Assembly (NCBI GenBank): GCA_963701855.1
Contig: CAVPBK010000006.1
Coordinates: 1,184,001-1,248,000 of the forward strand
DNA length: 64,000 nucleotides
Source: Nitrospirota bacterium
GTDB taxonomy: Bacteria; Nitrospirota; Nitrospiria; Nitrospirales; Nitrospiraceae
Direction: 5' to 3'
In this document: piece after piece, positions 15,001-21,628 of the stretch
Layout: each line of letters starts with the position of its first letter
Numbering within the stretch: position 1 is the first letter of the stretch
Notes under the pieces: model-generated
What the model was told of the DNA's origin: nothing
The model's database searches: none
Seen by the model: the letters and a program-made list of their open reading frames with translations, nothing else
Made by a program: the position numbers and the translations under genes

Positions 15001-17088
15001 CCGGTGAACGATGCGCCGGTGAACACGGTGCCGGGGCCGCAGACGGTGGCCGAGGATACGGCGCTGGCGCTCGGCGGGGTGAGCGTCACGGATGTGGACG
15101 GCAACCTGAGCACGGTGCAGCTGGGGGTGGCGAACGGGACGGTGACGGTGAGCCTGGTGGGCGGCGCGACGATCAGTGCGGGGGCGAACGGCACGGGCAC
15201 GCTGACCTTGGCGGGCACGGCGGCGCAGATCAACGCGGCCCTGGGGACGCTGGCCTATCAAGGCAATCTGAACTTCAATGGCAGCGACGTGCTCACGGTG
15301 ACGAGCAGCGATGGCACGCTCACCGACGTGGACACGGTGGCGTTGACGGTGACGCCGGTGAACGATGCGCCGGTGAACACGGTGCCGGGGCCGCAGACGG
15401 TGGCCGAGGATACGGCGCTGGCGATCGGCGGGGTGAGCGTCACGGATGTGGACGGCAACCTGAGCACGGTGCAGCTGGGGGTGGCGAACGGGACGGTGAC
15501 GGTGAGCCTGGTGGGCGGCGCGACGATCAGTGCGGGGGCGAACGGCACGGGCACGCTGACCTTGGCGGGCACGGCGGCGCAGATCAACGCGGCCCTGGGG
15601 ACGCTGGCCTATCAAGGCAATCTGAACTTCAATGGCAGCGACGTGCTCACGGTGACGAGCAGCGATGGCACGCTCACCGACGTGGACACGGTGGCGTTGA
15701 CGGTGACGCCGGTGAACGATGCGCCGGTGAACACGGTGCCGGGGCCGCAGACGGTGGCCGAGGATACGGCGCTGGCGATCGGCGGGGTGAGCGTCACGGA
15801 TGTGGACGGCAACCTGAGCACGGTGCAGCTGGGGGTGGCGAACGGGACGGTGACGGTGAGCCTGGTGGGCGGCGCGACGATCAGTGCGGGGGCGAACGGC
15901 ACGGGCACGCTGACCTTGGCGGGCACGGCGGCGCAGATCAACGCGGCCCTGGGGACGCTGGCCTATCAAGGCAATCTGAACTTCAATGGCAGCGACGTGC
16001 TCACGGTGACGAGCAGCGATGGCACGCTCACCGACGTGGACACGGTGGCGTTGACGGTGACGCCGGCGCCGAATATTGTTCCGAGTCTTGCCACGAATGC
16101 GGGCTCGACGGTCGTCCAGGGATTGACCGATCTCATTACTCTAGGCGAATTGCAAGTTACGGACGCGGACAACACTCCGGCCCAACTAATCTACACGGTG
16201 ACCGTAGGACCGGTGCATGGTCAACTCGAACTGACGACAGCCCCTGGCGTGGTGATCGTGAGTTTCACGCAAGCGGATATCGATGCGGGGCGACTGGTGT
16301 ACGTTAACAACGGAGCCAACAGCACGAGTGATAGTTTTACCTTTACGGTTAGCGATGGCGCCGGAGGCATGATCGGGGCGACAGCGTTTAATATCACGGT
16401 TACGCCGTTTTTCCCCCCACCGCTCCCGCCCCCGTCCCCGCCCCCTCTCCCTCCCCCGGACCCAGTTCCCGTCCCCATCACTGTACTTGGCCCTCCTGGA
16501 CCAATCCCCGGCGATGTTGTGCCGCCTGTGTTGCCACCACCACCAGTGCTGGTTACGACGGTTGGCGCAATCGACGATCCAGTGCGGCGAGCGGCAATGC
16601 CGAGTCGAACGTTTGCCAGGGTGGAGCAGCAGGATATCGTACTCGAAGAGCCATCAGCTCTTGAGCTGGAGCCGCTTTCGAATCCGGTTAAGACAATGTT
16701 GGCCGCGGGCCATAAATTCGCTGAGCATTTGACCAGACTGGCCGACAACCTCGAACGAGCGATTGAAGAGCGTGAAAACCAGGCGCGCCTCATTGGGCGG
16801 GTGGCATCGTTCGCCGGGATGACCTTATCTGTAGGATTCGTGGCGTGGATCCTGCGCGGCGGAGCTTTAGTGACAAGTTTTCTCGTCTCGATGCCGGCCT
16901 GGCGCCACTTCGATCCTTTGCCGGTACTGGGTTCGACTAGCAGAGATCGCCGGAAACGCGATCGCAAGGTGCGTGAGGAACATGAACAGGAGAACAAGGA
17001 GTTCCGAGGTCTGGATCGGGTGCTGAAATCATCGCCAAAATCGGCCAAGCAGCAAGAGACGGACCGCGCGAGGAGACCGAAGTCATAA
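1..17088 (+). CDS. Giant repetitive surface adhesin, 5' truncated: DUF4347, beta-helix-like region, Ig/cadherin-like tandem repeats, Pro-rich linker, C-terminal hydrophobic tail
   Basis: Frame is open from base 1; 5694 aa from the first Met. DUF4347-like motifs LLIYGCNFGQG and DVAASTDRTG..DWKLE. 'VTNTNDSGAGSLR' and GNxIG repeats. Repeats linked by VNDAPV. Cadherin-like final domain (FTQADIDAGRLVY). Tail GFVAWILRGGALVTSFLVSMPAWRHFDPLPVL. Confidence 0.93.
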   Translation, partial: QMAEILAGRTGIDAIHLIGDGTEAEMHLGASFLTQDSISTTYAEQFQQIGRSLSANADLLIYGCNFGQGVDGQLAINKLADLTGADVAASTDRTGSAAEYADWKLEVSTGAIETSVVISASTQAAWEHALATFTVTNTNDSGAGSLRQEILVANAAGGTDTIVFNIAGAGVHTINLASALPTITDKVTIDGYTEAGSSVNTLSVGDNAVLTIELNGTGAGSANGLWLGAGSDGSTIRGLVINRFSLDGIQIDSTGNLIVGNWIGVDNTGTLDFGNGVDGITNSANNNTIGTSAVADRNVLSGNDDEGVDVDPGITGIVIQGNYIGTNAMGTAAVPNGDLANANSGGVLLGGDGTVFGGSLPGQGNLVSGNLIDGILIDGIGNDVVYGNLIGTNAAGTAGIANSGPGIWINGGSNSSIGGTAAGQGNTIAYNTDDGIQIAPATSTGNVILGNSIFANTGLGIDLGNNGVTANDAGDGDTGANNLQNFPVLTSAQISASQVTVAGSLNSTANSQFRVEFFSDSAQDPTGYGQGRTYLGFVNVTTNGSGNANFNTTLAATVPADSYVTATATRSNATFTAFTNTSEFAQDRVATYTPIVDLNSGPAIVTTGPVVVSTTTSTTNLVSSGNFGTVANGTPPAPWVESGTAGNGSVVLAAGNGRYDWVDGNATGTTITQALTIPASTSNSTVSTTNTATSTSVVTTTVDTVDAITSISFDMAWQNTDVTGSNNNNTLIISYNGVTYATFETFQRGTANAAGLVGNWTYSNGATGPATTLSVTDEVTGAMTPITINLPAGITVSSSLQFRYTIGSTGTGSDDLAIDNVVATSTKTTTTSVTTVTTTADTADNNWTATYTENGPAVSIADTDSSIFDSNSTNIVSAAITLTNPAAGDRLLVNGSAAASGTLASGIAWTRTDTAVTLSGSFTKAQYADAIEFIQFENTTDTPSTTPRTINVTVNDGTSNSNTAIATLTVTAVNDAPVVDLNAAGAGQDVTTAFTEQTPVLIAPVGTLTDVDSANLTSLTVTLTTRPDGNAVESLSLNAAATAAAAGAGLTVSYTPASGLLSITGAATKAVYQTILQGILYNDTSDTPTTSNRSITVVANDGTTASATQTVTLTVTAVNDAPVVDLNAAGAGQDVTTAFTEQTPVLIAPVGTLTDVDSANLTSLTVTLTTRPDGNAVESLSLNAAATAAAAGAGLTVSYTPASGLLSITGAATKAVYQTILQGILYNDTSDTPTTSNRSITVVANDGTTASATQTVTLTVTAVNDAPVVDLNAAGAGQDVTTAFTEQTPVLIAPVGTLTDVDSANLTSLTVTLTTRPDGNAVESLSLNAAATAAAAGAGLTVSYTPASGLLSITGAATKAVYQTILQGILYNDTSDTPTTSNRSITVVANDGTTASATQTVTLTVTAVNDAPVVDLNAAGAGQDVTTAFTEQTPVLIAPVGTLTDVDSANLTSLTVTLTTRPDGNAVESLSLNAAATAAAAGAGLTVSYTPASGLLSITGAATKAVYQTILQGILYNDTSDTPTTSNRSITVVANDGTTASATQTVTLTVTAVNDAPVVDLNAAGAGQDVTTAFTEQTPVLIAPVGTLTDVDSANLTSLTVTLTTRPDGNAVESLSLNAAATAAAAGAGLTVSYTPASGLLSITGAATKAVYQTILQGILYNDTSDTPTTSNRSITVVANDGTTASATQTVALTVTPVNDAPVNTVPGPQTVAEDTALALGGVSVTDVDGNLSTVQLGVANGTVTVSLVGGATISAGANGTGTLTLAGTAAQINAALGTLAYQGNLNFNGSDVLTVTSSDGTLTDVDTVALTVTPVNDAPVNTVPGPQTVAEDTALALGGVSVTDVDGNLSTVQLGVANGTVTVSLVGGATISAGANGTGTLTLAGTAAQINAALGTLAYQGNLNFNGSDVLTVTSSDGTLTDVDTVALTVTPVNDAPVNTVPGPQTVAEDTALALGGVSVTDVDGNLSTVQLGVANGTVTVSLVGGATISAGANGTGTLTLAGTAAQINAALGTLAYQGNLNFNGSDVLTVTSSDGTLTDVDTVALTVTPVNDAPVNTVPGPQTVAEDTALALGGVSVTDVDGNLSTVQLGVANGTVTVSLVGGATISAGANGTGTLTLAGTAAQINAALGTLAYQGNLNFNGSDVLTVTSSDGTLTDVDTVALTVTPVNDAPVNTVPGPQTVAEDTALALGGVSVTDVDGNLSTVQLGVANGTVTVSLVGGATISAGANGTGTLTLAGTAAQINAALGTLAYQGNLNFNGSDVLTVTSSDGTLTDVDTVALTVTPVNDAPVNTVPGPQTVAEDTALALGGVSVTDVDGNLSTVQLGVANGTVTVSLVGGATISAGANGTGTLTLAGTAAQINAALGTLAYQGNLNFNGSDVLTVTSSDGTLTDVDTVALTVTPVNDAPVNTVPGPQTVAEDTALALGGVSVTDVDGNLSTVQLGVANGTVTVSLVGGATISAGANGTGTLTLAGTAAQINAALGTLAYQGNLNFNGSDVLTVTSSDGTLTDVDTVALTVTPVNDAPVNTVPGPQTVAEDTALALGGVSVTDVDGNLSTVQLGVANGTVTVSLVGGATISAGANGTGTLTLAGTAAQINAALGTLAYQGNLNFNGSDVLTVTSSDGTLTDVDTVALTVTPVNDAPVNTVPGPQTVAEDTALALGGVSVTDVDGNLSTVQLGVANGTVTVSLVGGATISAGANGTGTLTLAGTAAQINAALGTLAYQGNLNFNGSDVLTVTSSDGTLTDVDTVALTVTPVNDAPVNTVPGPQTVAEDTALALGGVSVTDVDGNLSTVQLGVANGTVTVSLVGGATISAGANGTGTLTLAGTAAQINAALGTLAYQGNLNFNGSDVLTVTSSDGTLTDVDTVALTVTPVNDAPVNTVPGPQTVAEDTALALGGVSVTDVDGNLSTVQLGVANGTVTVSLVGGATISAGANGTGTLTLAGTAAQINAALGTLAYQGNLNFNGSDVLTVTSSDGTLTDVDTVALTVTPVNDAPVNTVPGPQTVAEDTALALGGVSVTDVDGNLSTVQLGVANGTVTVSLVGGATISAGANGTGTLTLAGTAAQINAALGTLAYQGNLNFNGSDVLTVTSSDGTLTDVDTVALTVTPVNDAPVNTVPGPQTVAEDTALALGGVSVTDVDGNLSTVQLGVANGTVTVSLVGGATISAGANGTGTLTLAGTAAQINAALGTLAYQGNLNFNGSDVLTVTSSDGTLTDVDTVALTVTPVNDAPVNTVPGPQTVAEDTALALGGVSVTDVDGNLSTVQLGVANGTVTVSLVGGATISAGANGTGTLTLAGTAAQINAALGTLAYQGNLNFNGSDVLTVTSSDGTLTDVDTVALTVTPVNDAPVNTVPGPQTVAEDTALALGGVSVTDVDGNLSTVQLGVANGTVTVSLVGGATISAGANGTGTLTLAGTAAQINAALGTLAYQGNLNFNGSDVLTVTSSDGTLTDVDTVALTVTPVNDAPVNTVPGPQTVAEDTALALGGVSVTDVDGNLSTVQLGVANGTVTVSLVGGATISAGANGTGTLTLAGTAAQINAALGTLAYQGNLNFNGSDVLTVTSSDGTLTDVDTVALTVTPVNDAPVNTVPGPQTVAEDTALALGGVSVTDVDGNLSTVQLGVANGTVTVSLVGGATISAGANGTGTLTLAGTAAQINAALGTLAYQGNLNFNGSDVLTVTSSDGTLTDVDTVALTVTPVNDAPVNTVPGPQTVAEDTALALGGVSVTDVDGNLSTVQLGVANGTVTVSLVGGATISAGANGTGTLTLAGTAAQINAALGTLAYQGNLNFNGSDVLTVTSSDGTLTDVDTVALTVTPVNDAPVNTVPGPQTVAEDTALALGGVSVTDVDGNLSTVQLGVANGTVTVSLVGGATISAGANGTGTLTLAGTAAQINAALGTLAYQGNLNFNGSDVLTVTSSDGTLTDVDTVALTVTPVNDAPVNTVPGPQTVAEDTALALGGVSVTDVDGNLSTVQLGVANGTVTVSLVGGATISAGANGTGTLTLAGTAAQINAALGTLAYQGNLNFNGSDVLTVTSSDGTLTDVDTVALTVTPVNDAPVNTVPGPQTVAEDTALALGGVSVTDVDGNLSTVQLGVANGTVTVSLVGGATISAGANGTGTLTLAGTAAQINAALGTLAYQGNLNFNGSDVLTVTSSDGTLTDVDTVALTVTPVNDAPVNTVPGPQTVAEDTALALGGVSVTDVDGNLSTVQLGVANGTVTVSLVGGATISAGANGTGTLTLAGTAAQINAALGTLAYQGNLNFNGSDVLTVTSSDGTLTDVDTVALTVTPVNDAPVNTVPGPQTVAEDTALALGGVSVTDVDGNLSTVQLGVANGTVTVSLVGGATISAGANGTGTLTLAGTAAQINAALGTLAYQGNLNFNGSDVLTVTSSDGTLTDVDTVALTVTPVNDAPVNTVPGPQTVAEDTALALGGVSVTDVDGNLSTVQLGVANGTVTVSLVGGATISAGANGTGTLTLAGTAAQINAALGTLAYQGNLNFNGSDVLTVTSSDGTLTDVDTVALTVTPVNDAPVNTVPGPQTVAEDTALALGGVSVTDVDGNLSTVQLGVANGTVTVSLVGGATISAGANGTGTLTLAGTAAQINAALGTLAYQGNLNFNGSDVLTVTSSDGTLTDVDTVALTVTPVNDAPVNTVPGPQTVAEDTALALGGVSVTDVDGNLSTVQLGVANGTVTVSLVGGATISAGANGTGTLTLAGTAAQINAALGTLAYQGNLNFNGSDVLTVTSSDGTLTDVDTVALTVTPVNDAPVNTVPGPQTVAEDTALALGGVSVTDVDGNLSTVQLGVANGTVTVSLVGGATISAGANGTGTLTLAGTAAQINAALGTLAYQGNLNFNGSDVLTVTSSDGTLTDVDTVALTVTPVNDAPVNTVPGPQTVAEDTALALGGVSVTDVDGNLSTVQLGVANGTVTVSLVGGATISAGANGTGTLTLAGTAAQINAALGTLAYQGNLNFNGSDVLTVTSSDGTLTDVDTVALTVTPVNDAPVNTVPGPQTVAEDTALALGGVSVTDVDGNLSTVQLGVANGTVTVSLVGGATISAGANGTGTLTLAGTAAQINAALGTLAYQGNLNFNGSDVLTVTSSDGTLTDVDTVALTVTPVNDAPVNTVPGPQTVAEDTALAIGGVSVTDVDGNLSTVQLGVANGTVTVSLVGGATISAGANGTGTLTLAGTAAQINAALGTLAYQGNLNFNGSDVLTVTSSDGTLTDVDTVALTVTPVNDAPVNTVPGPQTVAEDTALAIGGVSVTDVDGNLSTVQLGVANGTVTVSLVGGATISAGANGTGTLTLAGTAAQINAALGTLAYQGNLNFNGSDVLTVTSSDGTLTDVDTVALTVTPAPNIVPSLATNAGSTVVQGLTDLITLGELQVTDADNTPAQLIYTVTVGPVHGQLELTTAPGVVIVSFTQADIDAGRLVYVNNGANSTSDSFTFTVSDGAGGMIGATAFNITVTPFFPPPLPPPSPPPLPPPDPVPVPITVLGPPGPIPGDVVPPVLPPPPVLVTTVGAIDDPVRRAAMPSRTFARVEQQDIVLEEPSALELEPLSNPVKTMLAAGHKFAEHLTRLADNLERAIEERENQARLIGRVASFAGMTLSVGFVAWILRGGALVTSFLVSMPAWRHFDPLPVLGSTSRDRRKRDRKVREEHEQENKEFRGLDRVLKSSPKSAKQQETDRARRPKS
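2898..5072 (+). repeat. 5 tandem copies of a 435-bp (145-aa) unit
   Basis: Unit starts at 2898, 3333, 3768, 4203 and 4638. Copies look identical at nucleotide level; antisense ORFs recur every 435 bp. Confidence 0.95.
5071..16065 (+). repeat. 31 tandem copies of a 354-bp (118-aa) Ig-like unit
   Basis: Period of 354 bp from 5071 to 16045, plus a short partial copy. The only variant seen is CTC>ATC (L>I) in the last two copies, at about 15424 and 15778. Confidence 0.95.
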
Positions 17089-19001
17089 TGCGAGTGACGC
17101 CGTTGGTGTGGATAAGTTTTGGACTGGTCGGTCTTACGATCAGTATCATGATGGCGGGCGATGTGTTCGTCAACTTGGTGCCAAACCGCGATCGCCAGGT
17201 ATTCGAATACCGGCGTGATTTGGCGGAATCGTTGGCGATTCAGTACTCGGCGCTGGCGGAGCGTGACCAGATCGAGACAGTGAAATTTGCGATGGAGACG
17301 CTGGTCAAGCGGATTCCGGATATCTTGTCGCTGGCGCTTCTCCATGAAAACGGGATAGTTGTCGCACAGATTGGCGACCATGCGGGAGTATGGGTCCAGC
17401 CGCCTGGTAAAGAGTCCACCCTCGAGTTTCTCCAAGTTCCGATCTTTTCCGGTGACCAAAGGTGGGGCGTGCTTCAGATTGCGTTTCGCCAAGTGAACGT
17501 GTCCGGTCTTCAGTGGTTCCTCACGGATCCGTGGGTACGCTTCTTGGCGTTTGTCAGTGTGTCGGGATTCGTCGGCTACCTCCTCTTCATGAAACGCACC
17601 CTCCGTCAGCTCGATCCTTCCGGCATTGTTCCCACTCGGGTGAAGTCCGCGCTCGATGCGCTTACGCAAGGCGTGGTTATGATCGATACGCGAGATTTAA
17701 TCGTCTTGGCGAACGATACCTTCTGCCAGGCTGTGGGAAAGCCGGTGACGTCGTTGATTGGATCAGACCTTAGCACCTTGTCGTGGACGTTTGCCGCTTC
17801 ATCCGACACGGTGTTGGTGTATCCCTGGACAGAGGCAATCATGGAAAAGCAACCCCAAGCAGACAGGCCTCTTCTTCTGGGGCTTCCTGATGGTGGATCG
17901 CGAAAGTTCATCGTCAATACCGTGCCGATTATGGACGACGCGTCCACGATTAGAGGGGCTCTGGTCTCCTTCCACGATGTCACCGAACTCGATCGAGCGA
18001 ATTCTTCCCTCCGGGAAGCGAACAGCGAGTTGGAGTTGTCCCGCTTCCAAATTCTGGAGAAGAACCAGGAACTTGAAACGACAAATACGAGCCTTCATGT
18101 CGAGATGAGAGAACGGAAAAGAGTTCAGGCAGAGAAAGAAGAACTGCATCAACAACTTGTGCTGGCGTCGCGCCAAGCCGGCATGGCAGATGTGGCGTCG
18201 AGCGTGCTGCACAACGTCGGGAATGTACTCACTAGCATTAACGTGTCGACGGATACCTTGCTGAAGACCCTCAAGAAGCCGATGGTGGGAGACGTTTGCC
18301 GAATTGCTTCGATGTTTCATGAGCATCAGGACGATTTAGAGGCATTTCTGACACAAGATTCAAAGGGCAAGCAGATTCCCTCGTATTTGGGCATGGTTGC
18401 CGAGTCTCTGAGCGGAAGTCACCAGACCATCCAGAGCGAAATCGACTCTCTCGTGAAAAAAATCGACCATGTCAAACAAGTGATCATGTCGCAGCAGGAT
18501 ATCGCCCACGCAGGGAATATCCGTGAGGCGACGACGGTCGAGGACTTGATGGAGGAAGCCTTGTTAATGGGGATGCCCGAGCCGGAGAAGTACGGTATCC
18601 GCGTCGTGCGGGAGTACACTCATGTTCCAGCCATCATGACGGATCGACATCATGTCCTCCAGATTCTGGTGAATATTATTACCAATGCCAAGAACTCCAT
18701 GGTCGAATATCCGGCGAACTCGCGCTGCCTCACGGTCCGAATCGTGTTGCCTACCGACCGCACAGGATCCGTGCGATTGGAGGTGATCGATACCGGTGGC
18801 GGCATAAAAGCTGAAAACCTCCCACGTTTGTTTAGTCAGGGTTTTACGACGAGAAAGGCCGGACATGGCCTTGGTCTTCACAGCGCCGCTATCTCCGCCA
18901 ATAAGCTTGGTGGAACCATACAAGCCCGGAGTGAGGGAGAAGGGCGCGGCGCCACCTTCATGCTCGATCTCCCATTGGTCTTAGCGGAGGCCGCCGCATG
19001 A
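17088..19001 (+). CDS. Membrane PAS sensor histidine kinase
   Basis: Two TM segments flanking a periplasmic domain, then PAS and a coiled coil. H-box 'VLHNVGNVL', N-box 'QILVNIITNA', G boxes 'DTGGG' and 'GHGLGL'. Start overlaps the adhesin stop (TAATG). Confidence 0.93.
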   Translation: MRVTPLVWISFGLVGLTISIMMAGDVFVNLVPNRDRQVFEYRRDLAESLAIQYSALAERDQIETVKFAMETLVKRIPDILSLALLHENGIVVAQIGDHAGVWVQPPGKESTLEFLQVPIFSGDQRWGVLQIAFRQVNVSGLQWFLTDPWVRFLAFVSVSGFVGYLLFMKRTLRQLDPSGIVPTRVKSALDALTQGVVMIDTRDLIVLANDTFCQAVGKPVTSLIGSDLSTLSWTFAASSDTVLVYPWTEAIMEKQPQADRPLLLGLPDGGSRKFIVNTVPIMDDASTIRGALVSFHDVTELDRANSSLREANSELELSRFQILEKNQELETTNTSLHVEMRERKRVQAEKEELHQQLVLASRQAGMADVASSVLHNVGNVLTSINVSTDTLLKTLKKPMVGDVCRIASMFHEHQDDLEAFLTQDSKGKQIPSYLGMVAESLSGSHQTIQSEIDSLVKKIDHVKQVIMSQQDIAHAGNIREATTVEDLMEEALLMGMPEPEKYGIRVVREYTHVPAIMTDRHHVLQILVNIITNAKNSMVEYPANSRCLTVRIVLPTDRTGSVRLEVIDTGGGIKAENLPRLFSQGFTTRKAGHGLGLHSAAISANKLGGTIQARSEGEGRGATFMLDLPLVLAEAAA

Positions 19002-19873
19002 AGCATGACGAAAGGACTGACAATCGACGCATTCTGGTCATCGACGACAATGTCTCAATCCATGAGGACTTTCGTAAGATCTTAGCGCCGCTGAAAGATT
19101 CTGACGCGCTCGAGCAGGCGCGGGCGGTCTTGTTCGGAGAGGCGCCAAGCCTTCCTTCACAGGTGAACTACGAGCTCGAGGTTGCGAGTCGGGGGCGAGA
19201 GGGGTGCGGTATGGTCCATACCGCTTGCGGAGAGGGCCGCCCCTATGCGATGGCCTTCGTGGACATGCGTATGCCGCCGGGGTGGGACGGTCTCGAAACG
19301 ATCGAGAATCTGTGGTATGTCGATCCCGACCTCGAGATCGTGATCTGCACTGCCTATTCCGATCATCCATGGGAAGATCTGAGTCGCCGAATCGGGAACA
19401 CCGATAAGCTGCTCATCCTGATGAAACCCTTCAACAGCATCGAAGTCGTCCAACTGGCAAATTCGCTCACGAAGAAATGGAACCTGACACGTTTGCTAAA
19501 GCTGCAGATTGAAAGCTTTAATTCCTCCGTGAGCCAGCGGGCGACCGACTTGCGTGAAGCGAACGACCGTCTCAAAACAAACATCGCCCAGAGAATCCAG
19601 GAGATTATGAAGGATCAACCTCAGAGCGATGTCTCGGCAGCGTTCCGTCAGAAAGAGGAGTTTTTAACGATTATGAGCCATGAAATACTCACGCCCATGA
19701 ATGAATTGGTCGACAAGGTGAGCCTGTTGTCTGACGGCCCGCTCAATCCTGGGCAGCAAGAGCACGTGACGACCATACAGAGATGCGCGCAAGATCTCCT
19801 TGCCCTCCACAACGACATGCACGAGTTCATGGCTGGCCGGAGACAAGAAGCTCGGACTGGAGGTCGTCAATGA
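18998..19873 (+). CDS. Response regulator with C-terminal HisKA-like domain and no HATPase
   Basis: REC motifs ILVIDDN, AFVDMRMPPGWDG and KPF. C-terminal EFLTIMSHEILTPMN. ATGA overlap with the kinase gene. Confidence 0.88.
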   Translation: MKHDERTDNRRILVIDDNVSIHEDFRKILAPLKDSDALEQARAVLFGEAPSLPSQVNYELEVASRGREGCGMVHTACGEGRPYAMAFVDMRMPPGWDGLETIENLWYVDPDLEIVICTAYSDHPWEDLSRRIGNTDKLLILMKPFNSIEVVQLANSLTKKWNLTRLLKLQIESFNSSVSQRATDLREANDRLKTNIAQRIQEIMKDQPQSDVSAAFRQKEEFLTIMSHEILTPMNELVDKVSLLSDGPLNPGQQEHVTTIQRCAQDLLALHNDMHEFMAGRRQEARTGGRQ

Positions 19874-19910
19874 TGACGGCTATCCCGTCGACGTGGGCAG
19901 AAAGAAATAC

Positions 19911-21167
19911 ATGACTAAGGATACCGATAATCAAAACCTTCGAGTCTTGGTCATCGATGACAACAAGGCTATCCACGATGACTTTCGAAAAATCCTTCAA
20001 GCGAAGGCCGAGGAGGAGAGTTTCGATCAAGCGCGGGCGGCGTTGTTCGGCGATCCGCCGCTCTCGGAGGCGTTCGAACGGTTCGAACTAGACTGCGTTG
20101 ATCAGGGGCAAGCCGGTCTCATCTTGATGCAGAGGGCACGGAATGAAGGCCGCCCGTATGCGGTGGCGTTTGTTGATATGAGGATGCCGCCCGGGTGGGA
20201 CGGCCTGGAAACTATCGAACGCCTCTGGAAAGAGGACGCAGGGCTTCAGGTGGTCATCTGTACAGCATATTCCGACCAACCGTGGGACGAAATCACAAAA
20301 CGTATTGGCCGGAATGACAAGTTGCTGATTCTTCAGAAACCGTTTAACAGCATTGAAGTGTCACAACTTGCTACCGCACTCTGTCGAAAATGGGATCTTT
20401 CACATGAGGTAGCAGGACAACTGAATGAATTGAGCAGACAGGTCGACAAACGCACGGCAGAACTCCAGGGCGCGAACGAGCTACTGACTCAATCCAATGC
20501 GGCCTTGGTGCGAACCGTGGCAGATCTTGAAGTGGCTCAAGCGGAAATTTTGCGACAAAACGTTGAACTGGAACGGCTCGCGTCTCGAGATCCGCTCACC
20601 GGATGTTTCAACCGCCGCGCCTTTTACGTGCAATTTGAGAAAGCTTTTGCTGAGAGTCGCGAACATAACTCCGAGCTGTACTGTCTGATGGTTGACATCG
20701 ACAATTTTAAACGTGTTAACGACCAATTTGGACATGCGGTGGGGGACCAGGCCATCCAAGCGGTAGCCAGCTGCCTGAGCGCCGGGCTGCGATTGACGGA
20801 CACCGTCGGTCGCTATGGCGGAGAGGAATTCTGTTTGATGTTCCCGCGCACCACGCTGGCAGAAGCCTCTAATCTGGCAGAACGTCTTCGGATTCAGGTC
20901 GAAACAGAGGCTGGGGACAGGGTGCGAACGGTATCCCGTTTGGTAATCACAGTGAGTTGCGGTATTTCATCTACAGCACTTGGAGCGCGAACGCCTTTGG
21001 AGCTGATTGATCAAGCGGACAAGGCTCTCTATGCGGCCAAGGAAGGTGGGCGCAATTGTGTCATGGCTCTTGATCCGATTATCGCCGGGGCGAACGCATC
21101 CGATCAGCTTGAGCCGCAAGTCAGGCGGATCACTTCACGGGTGTCGAGCCCATCGGCGTCCCGGTAA
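19911..21167 (+). CDS. REC-GGDEF diguanylate cyclase
   Basis: REC domain paralogous to that of the upstream gene. DPLTG, DIDNFKRVND.FGH, RLTD I-site and intact GGEEF. Start taken at the in-frame ATG at 19911. Confidence 0.93.
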   Translation: MTKDTDNQNLRVLVIDDNKAIHDDFRKILQAKAEEESFDQARAALFGDPPLSEAFERFELDCVDQGQAGLILMQRARNEGRPYAVAFVDMRMPPGWDGLETIERLWKEDAGLQVVICTAYSDQPWDEITKRIGRNDKLLILQKPFNSIEVSQLATALCRKWDLSHEVAGQLNELSRQVDKRTAELQGANELLTQSNAALVRTVADLEVAQAEILRQNVELERLASRDPLTGCFNRRAFYVQFEKAFAESREHNSELYCLMVDIDNFKRVNDQFGHAVGDQAIQAVASCLSAGLRLTDTVGRYGGEEFCLMFPRTTLAEASNLAERLRIQVETEAGDRVRTVSRLVITVSCGISSTALGARTPLELIDQADKALYAAKEGGRNCVMALDPIIAGANASDQLEPQVRRITSRVSSPSASR

Positions 21168-21628
21168 CGGAGTTTTGCACTGTTGCCGATGTGAGGCAGC
21201 AGAACCCGATCGGTTCTGCCGACAACCGTCGTATTTCATATCGCGCTCATCCAGACAGATTCGACAATCTCGAAATCGTGTGTCAATTGTCCGCAATGCC
21301 GAAGTCCGCCTTCTTGGCATTAGAACGTCGGTCTAGACCCTGAAGCACGAGGTCATCAAATACTCTACGACGTATGCACTCTTCACCCTGGACGCATGAC
21401 TATCCATGCAACCGCGACGAGGAGAGAGGGATTTCTGGCTGGCCGGGCGGTTTCCACAATTGTGTGTGCTGACAGCGAGGGGCACCGATGAAAACCCCGT
21501 TTCTCTCAACATGGCTTCCGCACGGAACCTTCGATTTCTTGACAGAGAGAAAGAGATCGTCTATCCGTGGACAAGAGAGGCTGGTCTGTCGGCAAGTCAG
21601 AGCGAGAGAATGAGAAAGAACAGATGAT

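Noticed and set aside
4846..15969. 3707-aa Arg/His-rich antisense ORF and the series of 102-113-aa antisense ORFs
   Set aside because: These are shadows of the repeated, codon-biased adhesin: one stop-free unit repeated 31 times.
2898..16065. Repeat arrays as a CRISPR array or non-coding satellite
   Set aside because: Units are in-frame multiples of 3 with no unique spacers, and they encode Ig-like domains.
16221..17669. 482-aa minus-strand ORF
   Set aside because: Antisense to the adhesin end and the kinase; no motifs.
21170..21628. c-di-GMP riboswitch upstream of the PilZ gene
   Set aside because: Only a short hairpin (GCAGAACC/GGTTCTGC) is seen, with no class I or II consensus recognisable by eye; cmscan would be needed.
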